From assembly GCA_016197155.1 (NCBI GenBank), contig JACPWF010000025.1, positions 28,276 to 92,275 of the forward strand: a DNA stretch of 64,000 nucleotides, written 5' to 3'. The notes beneath the pieces are model-generated. The model was not told the origin of the DNA and did not search any database. It saw only the letters and a program-made list of their open reading frames with translations. Position numbers and translations under genes: made by a program. The DNA is from Candidatus Omnitrophota bacterium (lineage in GTDB: Bacteria > Omnitrophota > Gorgyraeia > 2-02-FULL-51-18). This document shows, piece after piece, positions 57,397-64,000 of this stretch (positions are counted from its first letter, which is position 1; each line of letters opens with the position of its first letter).

Positions 57397-57422
57397 TTTT
57401 TCTTCTTTTCCCTAACTTCTAA

Positions 57423-58079
57423 CTACTGACTTACAATCGACTCAAATATTTTCCGCCCGTCGACGGAGCCCAATTCCCGCTCCGAAGCCCGCTCCGGATG
57501 CGGCATGAGCCCAAAGACGTTCCGCTTTTTATTGCAGATGCCCGCGATGTCTTCGACCGAACCGTTGGGATTGTCCGCGTAGCGCAAAAGGATCTGGTCG
57601 TTTTTTTTCAAATCCGCGAGCGCCTCGTCGTCGGCGAAATAATTTCCCTCCCCGTGCGCGACGGGCAGGCGGAGCCTCTGGCCTTTTTTGGTTTTCTTCG
57701 TGAATGCGGAATCGGCGCTTTCGACGCGGAGCTCGACAAACTTACAGACAAATTTTAAAGAGGCGTTTCGGAGCATGGCGCCCGGCAGAAGACCCGATTC
57801 GAGAAGGATCTGAAAACCGTTGCAGATGCCGATCACGAGCTTCCCGCGCTCGGCGTGTTTTTGCACGGCCTCCATCACCGGCGAGAAACGCGCGATGGCC
57901 CCGGTGCGCAGGTAATCGCCGTAGCTGAAACCGCCCGGAAGCACGACGCAGTCGTAGCGCGAGAGGTCGCGGTCCTTGTGCCAGACAAAATCCGCCTCCT
58001 GGCCCATCACGTTTTTTAAAACGTGACGGCAGTCCTCGTCACAATTCGAACCGGGGAAAACCACGACACCAAATTTCAC
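57423..58079 (-). CDS. purQ: phosphoribosylformylglycinamidine synthase glutaminase subunit PurQ
   Basis: (V)[15 protein letters not shown]..., [12 protein letters not shown] triad. GTG start assigned; the upstream in-frame ATG lies inside the repeat element. Confidence 0.85.
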   Translation of the reverse strand: MKFGVVVFPGSNCDEDCRHVLKNVMGQEADFVWHKDRDLSRYDCVVLPGGFSYGDYLRTGAIARFSPVMEAVQKHAERGKLVIGICNGFQILLESGLLPGAMLRNASLKFVCKFVELRVESADSAFTKKTKKGQRLRLPVAHGEGNYFADDEALADLKKNDQILLRYADNPNGSVEDIAGICNKKRNVFGLMPHPERASERELGSVDGRKIFESIVSQ

Positions 58080-58099
58080 AGAAAACCTCGTGTGAGAGC

Positions 58100-58195
58100 G
58101 GGTATCAGGATACCCGTTGATCAGGAAGCAGGACATCAGGAAACCAGGAAATCAGGATTTTTTTGACCTGATAACCTGATCCCCCGATACCCGCC
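58100..58195. repeat. dispersed intergenic hairpin repeat, copy 3
   Basis: gggtatcaggatacccg ttgatcaggaagcaggacatcaggaaaccaggaaatcaggat-ttttttg-acctgataacctgatcccccgatacccgcc; between the purS stop and purQ start. Confidence 0.6.
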
Positions 58196-58201
58196 TTCTC
58201 A

Positions 58202-58444
58202 CTAATTTTGTATTTCCCACCGATATTCCTCAATCACGGTATTCGCCAACAATTTTTCACACATCGCTTTGATATTTTTCTCAGTCCCCGCCCTGTCCGC
58301 GCCGTTCATTTCCAGTTCAATGTATTTGCCCATCCGCACGTCCCTGACGCCGCCAAAACCCATCGACGAGAGCGCCTGCCCCACGGCCTTGCCCTGCGGG
58401 TCGAGCACGGATTTTTTGAGCGTGACGTAAATTTTGGCTTTCAT
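58202..58444 (-). CDS. purS: phosphoribosylformylglycinamidine synthase subunit PurS
   Basis: MKAKIYVTLKKSVLDPQGKAVGQAL...; 80 aa. Confidence 0.85.
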   Translation of the reverse strand: MKAKIYVTLKKSVLDPQGKAVGQALSSMGFGGVRDVRMGKYIELEMNGADRAGTEKNIKAMCEKLLANTVIEEYRWEIQN

Positions 58445-59739
58445 TATTTCAGAACCCGCTTAAAAATCGTCCCCACGTGTTTCAGGTAATCGTCCAGTTT
58501 GAAAATCCCCTCAATCTCTTTCCGCGAAAGCCGCGAGGTCACGGCCGTCTCCCGCAAAAGAAGGTCCTTGAGAAGAAGCCGTTTGTCCCGCCACACCTTC
58601 ATCGCGTTTTTTTGGACAATTTTGTAGGCCGCTTCCCGCGAAAGTCCTTTGTCAATGAGCGCGAGTAAAACTCTCTGCGAAAAAATGAGCCCGCGCGTGC
58701 GCGCGATATTTTCCATCATGTTCTCGGGGTAAACGGCAAGTCCTTTCAGGATCGCGGTCATTTCCGACAACATGAAATCGGCGAGGGTGAATGAATCCGG
58801 CAAAATCACGCGCTCGACGGACGAATGCGTGATGTCCCGCTCATGCCAGAGCGCGATGTTTTCGAGCGCCGCGACGGCGTTTCCCCGGAGGACGCGCGCC
58901 AGGCCCGCGACGCGCTCGGCGTTCACGGGATTTCTTTTGTGGGGCATGGCGCTTGAGCCGGTCTGCCCCTCGGAAAAAGGTTCCTCGAGCTCGAGCGTCT
59001 CGGTTTTCTGGAGATGCCGGATCTCGGTGGCGAGTTTCTCGAGCGACCCGCCGAGGATCGCCAGCACCGCGACGACCTGCGCGTGGCGGTCGCGCTGGAG
59101 GATCTGCGTCGAAACGGGCGCCGCCTTGAGATTCAAAATCCGCATCGAGCGCCCTTCCACGCGCGGATCGATATTCGCGTAAGTGCCGACCGCGCCCGAC
59201 AGCTTCCCGACGGAAATCGCCTCCCGCGCGCGCTCGAGCCGCGCGAGATTCCGTTTAAATTCTTCGTAAAAAAGGAGAAATTTGAGGCCCAGCGTCGTGG
59301 GCTCCGCGTGCACGCCGTGCGTTCTACCCATCATCGGGGTGTTTTGGTGGCGAAGCGCCTGGGTTTTTAAAAGGGAAACCAGACCGGCCGTTTTGCCGCG
59401 CAAAAGGTCGATGGCCCGGCGGATCTGGAGGGAAAGGGCCGTGTCGAGGACGTCGCTTGAGGTGAGGCCTTTGTGAATGAAACGCGCCTCGGGCCCGACG
59501 GATTTTCCGACGCTCTTCAAAAACGCGGTGACGTCGTGTTTTGTAACCTTCTCAAATTGATTAACTTCGGATAATTTAAAACGGGCTTTCTTTTGGATCT
59601 TCCGGGCGGCGGCCTTCGGGATGAGGTGAAGCTCCGCCATCGCGAGGCAGGCGGCAATCTCCACATCGAGCATGGTTTGGAACCGGCTTTCCTCGGTCCA
59701 AATCTGTCCCATTTCGGGCAGGGTGTAGCGGCTAATCAA
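58444..59739 (-). CDS. purB: adenylosuccinate lyase
   Basis: MISRYTLPEMGQIW..., fumarate-lyase signature GSSAMPHKRNP; 431 aa. Confidence 0.9.
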   Translation of the reverse strand: MISRYTLPEMGQIWTEESRFQTMLDVEIAACLAMAELHLIPKAAARKIQKKARFKLSEVNQFEKVTKHDVTAFLKSVGKSVGPEARFIHKGLTSSDVLDTALSLQIRRAIDLLRGKTAGLVSLLKTQALRHQNTPMMGRTHGVHAEPTTLGLKFLLFYEEFKRNLARLERAREAISVGKLSGAVGTYANIDPRVEGRSMRILNLKAAPVSTQILQRDRHAQVVAVLAILGGSLEKLATEIRHLQKTETLELEEPFSEGQTGSSAMPHKRNPVNAERVAGLARVLRGNAVAALENIALWHERDITHSSVERVILPDSFTLADFMLSEMTAILKGLAVYPENMMENIARTRGLIFSQRVLLALIDKGLSREAAYKIVQKNAMKVWRDKRLLLKDLLLRETAVTSRLSRKEIEGIFKLDDYLKHVGTIFKRVLK

Positions 59740-59822
59740 CGGCGGCTCCCTTGAAAGGAAAGGATATTATAACAGAATAGATCTAGGGGCGCAATGGACC
59801 AGCGCCCACAAGGGGTGGGGTT

Positions 59823-60206
59823 TTAGGGTTTCCCTTTGATGGGAAAATACCGTACACCCGGCAGGTTTTTAAAATCTTCGTCGCTGGTCACCAACGTCGC
59901 GCCATATTCACAGGCGGTTGCATAAATAATGGAATCTGCCATGGCCAACCGGTGTTTTAAAGAAATATCAGCGGCCCTGTAAGCAATCGTATCGGTAAGA
60001 AGCGCCAATTGCGTTCTCTGAATCTCGCCGGTCGCCAGAAGAGCCATTTCCTCCCCCGCTTCTTTTTTTAATTTTTTATACACTTCGTAAAGAACGATGG
60101 TTGGGGTCAAAAGCTCATCCATTTTATGAAAATAACCGGCGTAGCTTTTGGCTAAATTTCCATTCAGAAAATATTCCAGCCATCCCGAAGAGTCAATCAT
60201 CATCAT
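59823..60206 (-). CDS. vapC: PIN-domain toxin, VapC family
   Basis: MMMIDSSGWLEYF... PIN fold with acidic residues; 127 aa; 4-nt overlap with the upstream antitoxin gene. Confidence 0.7.
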   Translation of the reverse strand: MMMIDSSGWLEYFLNGNLAKSYAGYFHKMDELLTPTIVLYEVYKKLKKEAGEEMALLATGEIQRTQLALLTDTIAYRAADISLKHRLAMADSIIYATACEYGATLVTSDEDFKNLPGVRYFPIKGKP

Positions 60207-60418
60207 AAAATTCTATCTTTCTTCTCGCGCAAATCATGCAAAGACATGGGTTTTTTTATAAACCCGCGCATTTCACTCATGGGTTTGACGGGAATAAGAC
60301 GCATGACGCCGTCTTTTACGATACACACCATTCTCTGACCTGCCTTGATATGAAGGTCTGTTCGAATGGCTTTAGGGATCACCACTTGATACTTGGTCGA
60401 AACCAATACCTCTGACAT
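60203..60418 (-). CDS. vapB: AbrB/SpoVT/MazE-fold antitoxin (VapB)
   Basis: VSTKYQVVIPKAIRTDLHIKAGQRMV swapped-hairpin AbrB-type domain; 71 aa. Confidence 0.65.
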   Translation of the reverse strand: MSEVLVSTKYQVVIPKAIRTDLHIKAGQRMVCIVKDGVMRLIPVKPMSEMRGFIKKPMSLHDLREKKDRIL

Positions 60419-60458
60419 GATCGCTCCTCCGTTTTACGTTTTACTCATCGATAGTGAA

Positions 60459-60488
60459 ATTGTACACCACATCACAAAAAGTGTCAAT
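60459..60488 (-). promoter_or_regulatory. sigma70 promoter of the second vapBC module, with GTAAAAC direct repeat
   Basis: On the minus strand: TTGACA, 17 nt, TACAAT, then GTAAAACGTAAAAC direct repeat and GGAGG SD 6-7 nt before the ATG. Confidence 0.55.
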
Positions 60489-60528
60489 ACGAAAGCGGGT
60501 GCGGGTAGGTTTGCTGATCCTTCGCCGG

Positions 60529-63500
60529 TTATGCCGCCTGGCGGACGGCCTGGCGGGAGGTTTGGGTGGTCTTGAGGCTGAGGCTAGTAAGCGGCATGGG
60601 CCTCATGATAAAGACGTAAACGGTCCCGCCGTCCGCCGTTGTCATGGGAAGAACGGAGACGTAATCTTTCAGCGAAGAAGGAATATTTTGAATGGAGGAA
60701 TCCTGTCTCATCCCCAAAATGGCGAGTAGCATCGCGGAGCTGTAGCTCTCTCCGGACTTGGCATCGGGGACGCGAATGTAGCGCACGCCGTCCTTGTAGC
60801 CCACGACCCCTTCGAAACGCTCGGGAAAACTGACGGCCAAATGCGCCACCGCGCGACTCAAAGATTTTTCCAAAATAGAGGTCAGGCCCTGGGAGCGAAT
60901 ATCGTTTTCATTGACCAAAACGGCGCTAAATTCGATACCGGGCGCCAGGATCCGAAGGCTGTCGATGGTTTGTTTGGCGGATGCGAGACTCGATTCGCTC
61001 GTCACATAAAATTTCACTTCCAATTGGCCCGACACGCCGGCGGTTTTGGCAAACTCATCGAGCGTTTGAACCGTCGCGGACAAATCGGGAGAGGCCAAAA
61101 GTCTTTCGTCGAACGCCATCACACCCGTCTGCCCTTCGATACTTCCTGCGAATTCTTTCAGGGACCGGATCACCTCATTCCGGAACCCGTTTCTGGCATT
61201 CAAAAGATGAATGGCTTCGAAATCAGCCTCTGAACGAGAAACAGCCGACGCTGATAATCGCGAAACACTTTCGCCGATCGGGAAACGGGCGATGGGTCTC
61301 ACGACCGCGGTAGCGGGATTAAATTGTCCGATCTGGACCTCGTCTGCGTGGGCGTCGGGAATGAAAGACAAGGCCGCCACTTTTGTCGCTAAAAGCAGTG
61401 GGATAATGACTCGACGTGCTCCACGGAAATTCGGCGCCAGACGAGCCGCAGTCTGGCGAAGCTCGTCCCGTTCCGAGGCCGTAAACGGTTCGCTGGAAAT
61501 GCCTAGCCTGTCATTCTGCGAAGCCGAGCCGTAAGGACTCGGCGAAGCAGAAAGCCGCGCACCTCTGGCGGAGTCGGTGAATTCCGGTGCCGCAAGAGAA
61601 GCTCTCAGCCGCGGGCCTTCTAGGCTCGCTTCGAGCGCCAGGCGAGCGCCGGCCGTGGTTTCATTTTTCCTTAGAAATTCCCGGGCTTCTCGGATAGCAT
61701 CAATATCGAAAGGCTCCCGGGTTAATGTATTGATAAAACCTTGGGCATGGTCATGCAAAGGTCTATTTGTTTCAACAGTGCTTCTCCCTAGCGTCAATGA
61801 ATCAATGTAGCTTCGTAGCCGCCTCAAAAGCCCGTCTTTTTCCTCAATGTCATTAGCCGCATCCAGCGTAAATTGAAATGATAAATCCCCGCCGACGTGA
61901 GGCTGGGACACCCGGATACCTTCGTTTCCAATCATTGTCTCCACTTGCGACAGCGGCAGAAAAACTGTCCGTTCGGGCTGACCTAAAGCGCTAAAACGAA
62001 CCGGCACTTTCAAAACGCCAGGGTTGGCCTCAACAAATTCGTCAAAGGCCTTGGAGACCTGCGCGGCATTCAAAAACCGGACTTCCGCGAGGCGCGCGAC
62101 CTGGTTGAGTGCGCCCACTTTCCTTTGAATAATGTCCGTGAGCCTTGCATCCTCTTCCGGAGTCCCGCCGACAACCACCCAATCCGGATAAACGGGCCGG
62201 TGAGGATCGATACCACGAGCCCCCTCAAAACCAGGCTGGCCATAAAGGGGGATTAAAAACGAGCGGGCGGCCATTTCAAAATCACGGGCGCCTTTGGCAT
62301 CAAGCGCCAAACGCAGATCGCTTCCATCCTGAACGGTGGGACGAAGCGCCTGATAAATCTCACTCGCATTTAGTCGGCTTGGATCACTTTCTGTAATCAT
62401 CAAAAAATGAAGCCCGCGTCCGCTTTGGCCGCGAGACAGAAGGACACCCGAGAGACCCGAACCTTTCTTTTCTACGACCACAGTCCGGACCTTCTCAATT
62501 TCCTCCGGTGAAATCCGCCCAGTTGCCGCCGCCGGCCCCGCCACCGAACTGTCGGCGCCTGCCTGACCGGCAGGCAGGGACAGGCGCGCCGCGCGGGGTG
62601 GATGAATGACAATGTTGACCGATGAAACTTCACATTTGGGATTATAATAAATCTCAAAGTCACTGCCAACGGGCGATAAACCAGCCAGTTTTTTAGACAA
62701 ATCCTGAATATCTTTAACATTGTCTCCCAGGATAAAAGTTTTTGTTGTCCTAACAATTTCAAGTTTGAACCATCTCAAACGAGCACGAGAATAAGTCACA
62801 TAAAAGGTTGTGAGCTTGTTCCTATTGATGTCTTCCAGATTAGTGATTGCTTGTTCCAGTTCTCCAATTTTCCAAAACTTGGGGCCATTTTCGGCAACCG
62901 CCAGCCGCGCGGCCTGATGATAGGCGGGTCGGAATTTATCGACAAAGCCTTTTGTGCCGACGATAACCGGTGTCTGCTGATGCATTTTTCGATACCGCAC
63001 ATCCAAAGTCTCTATCTCACCGGCTATCGAACTGCCACCAGCAGCCTCCAAGATAAATGCACCCGGAGCTTCCTCATAGGCAAAACGTATTCTCCCCGGC
63101 CTCTTGGGATCCGCTACATAAACGTAACCGCCATCTTTCATCCGCGGGTCTTTTCCCAATAAAACTCCCACCACATCCGCCCAGTAAGCGCCATTATAGG
63201 CATCAAAAGCTCCGCCCTCGTCCTGCATCTGTGTAATAACGGTATTAACACCCTCCGGCCGTATTTGAAGTCTTTTGCCGCCGGCGGCCATACGAATGTC
63301 CTCCCCCAAGCCCTTAATTTGGCGGATGATGCCTATTCGTCTGAAAGTTTTGGTATCCGGATTCATGCGGAAAACCATGACGCCGTCGGTTTTTTTGGAA
63401 GCGTAGAAAAGCAGGGTTTGAACGCCGTACAGGAAAATGAAAGAGGAATAGAGAGCATCTCTGCCTGTTCTTCCTTTCAAATCTCTCGCAAATATTTCAT

Positions 63501-64000
63501 CTTCCCCGGCGCTGATGACGCCGACCGGAGGTTCATGCGCAGCCCTTTCCGTGCGATGCACGGCGATGATCGTAGCCACATCTCCGTTGGGGAAATACCT
63601 TGATGACCCATCAAGGCTGTCTCCCATGACGCCAAACTTCGCCGAGCGGTTACCCGGCCACATCCCATTGGGCTCTTCCTCGCCGCCCCATCCGCTGATA
63701 ACCGCTTTCGGGACATCGTCGGAATGTACTTTTTGACCTTTTTTGGCAGCGCCGATAAGTTTTGCAGAAATGCCAGGATCTTGATAGGGGTTCAACAGTC
63801 GATCTCGAATCACTTGGTTCGTAAGATCGTCGGCGGGAAGCTGTTCATCTCCCGTTAAATTGGTCGTCCCCTGATGCTCCGCTGTGGTGCCGGACTGTTT
63901 TAAAATAGGTAGAATGTCTTCAAGGACTGTATTCGTTACATTAAGAACAATTCCTGAGGCCTCCGGATCTTCCCCTATTTCATCCAAAACCCTTCCAAGC
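60529..64000 (-). CDS. large multidomain protein: N-terminal class-I fructose-1,6-bisphosphatase domain fused to ~800 aa of unknown function; 5' end may lie beyond the window
   Basis: FBPase motifs GGEEEPNG, GDSLDGSSRYF, KDGGYVYVADPKRPGRIRFAYEEAPGAFILEAAGG in the first ~370 aa. Uninterrupted ORF of >1150 codons. The track start is a TTG, and the frame stays open to the window edge. Confidence 0.6.
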   Translation of the reverse strand, partial: LGRVLDEIGEDPEASGIVLNVTNTVLEDILPILKQSGTTAEHQGTTNLTGDEQLPADDLTNQVIRDRLLNPYQDPGISAKLIGAAKKGQKVHSDDVPKAVISGWGGEEEPNGMWPGNRSAKFGVMGDSLDGSSRYFPNGDVATIIAVHRTERAAHEPPVGVISAGEDEIFARDLKGRTGRDALYSSFIFLYGVQTLLFYASKKTDGVMVFRMNPDTKTFRRIGIIRQIKGLGEDIRMAAGGKRLQIRPEGVNTVITQMQDEGGAFDAYNGAYWADVVGVLLGKDPRMKDGGYVYVADPKRPGRIRFAYEEAPGAFILEAAGGSSIAGEIETLDVRYRKMHQQTPVIVGTKGFVDKFRPAYHQAARLAVAENGPKFWKIGELEQAITNLEDINRNKLTTFYVTYSRARLRWFKLEIVRTTKTFILGDNVKDIQDLSKKLAGLSPVGSDFEIYYNPKCEVSSVNIVIHPPRAARLSLPAGQAGADSSVAGPAAATGRISPEEIEKVRTVVVEKKGSGLSGVLLSRGQSGRGLHFLMITESDPSRLNASEIYQALRPTVQDGSDLRLALDAKGARDFEMAARSFLIPLYGQPGFEGARGIDPHRPVYPDWVVVGGTPEEDARLTDIIQRKVGALNQVARLAEVRFLNAAQVSKAFDEFVEANPGVLKVPVRFSALGQPERTVFLPLSQVETMIGNEGIRVSQPHVGGDLSFQFTLDAANDIEEKDGLLRRLRSYIDSLTLGRSTVETNRPLHDHAQGFINTLTREPFDIDAIREAREFLRKNETTAGARLALEASLEGPRLRASLAAPEFTDSARGARLSASPSPYGSASQNDRLGISSEPFTASERDELRQTAARLAPNFRGARRVIIPLLLATKVAALSFIPDAHADEVQIGQFNPATAVVRPIARFPIGESVSRLSASAVSRSEADFEAIHLLNARNGFRNEVIRSLKEFAGSIEGQTGVMAFDERLLASPDLSATVQTLDEFAKTAGVSGQLEVKFYVTSESSLASAKQTIDSLRILAPGIEFSAVLVNENDIRSQGLTSILEKSLSRAVAHLAVSFPERFEGVVGYKDGVRYIRVPDAKSGESYSSAMLLAILGMRQDSSIQNIPSSLKDYVSVLPMTTADGGTVYVFIMRPMPLTSLSLKTTQTSRQAVRQAA

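Overview
This 64 kb window looks like the chromosome of a high-GC diderm (LPS-producing) bacterium. Nearly all genes are on the minus strand and tightly packed.

Main blocks, from low to high coordinates:
- 1-13.5 kb: a 13-gene, translationally coupled operon of glycosyltransferases (GT8-like, GT-B-like, a polytopic GT-C-like membrane protein), three SAM methyltransferases including a TylCIII-type zinc-ribbon C-methyltransferase, a PanB ketopantoate hydroxymethyltransferase, an acetolactate-synthase-like TPP enzyme, an SDR reductase, a PhyH-like 2OG dioxygenase, an MsbA-like ABC exporter and an outer-membrane beta-barrel. This is the most likely candidate for an undescribed system.
- 13.5-16.6 kb: a response regulator with a degenerate GGDEF domain, then two tRNA-Ser genes followed by tRNA-Lys, with a GIY-YIG nuclease-family ORF and tRNA-fragment/palindrome repeats between them, next to serS.
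- 16.6-19.5 kb: frr-pyrH-tsf-rpsB.
- 20.3-33.2 kb: a lipid A / outer-membrane block (msbA-like gene, Gfo/Idh/MocA oxidoreductase immediately upstream of lpxB (3-bp gap), glnA with an atypical OmpR-family regulator, then lpxI-lpxA-lpxC/fabZ fusion-lpxD-skp-bamA).
- 33.2-41 kb: dnaB-rplI-rpsR-ssb-rpsF-pth-rplY-prs-glmU-clpX.
- 41.7-50.5 kb: tRNA-Gln, ispE, a lipoprotein, a minimal ftsH, hisG, a ppiD/surA-like chaperone gene, and nrdR-glyA-rpiB-LMW-PTP.
- 50.6-59.7 kb: a purine operon, purE-purD-purM-purF-(small unknown ORF)-purL-purQ-purS-purB.
- 59.8-64 kb: a >1150-aa ORF whose N-terminus is a class-I fructose-1,6-bisphosphatase fused to about 800 aa of unrecognised sequence.

Three toxin-antitoxin pairs (two VapBC, one HepT/MntA) are scattered through this. 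Two dispersed repeat families are also present: a GGA-rich ATCAGGA/CCTGAT hairpin element at three intra-operon sites, and GGTCGCC..GGCGACC plus CCTCC hairpin elements at two sites.

Coordinates of hand-called features may be off by a few nt. All functional calls are from motif recognition in the supplied translations; no database searches were run.
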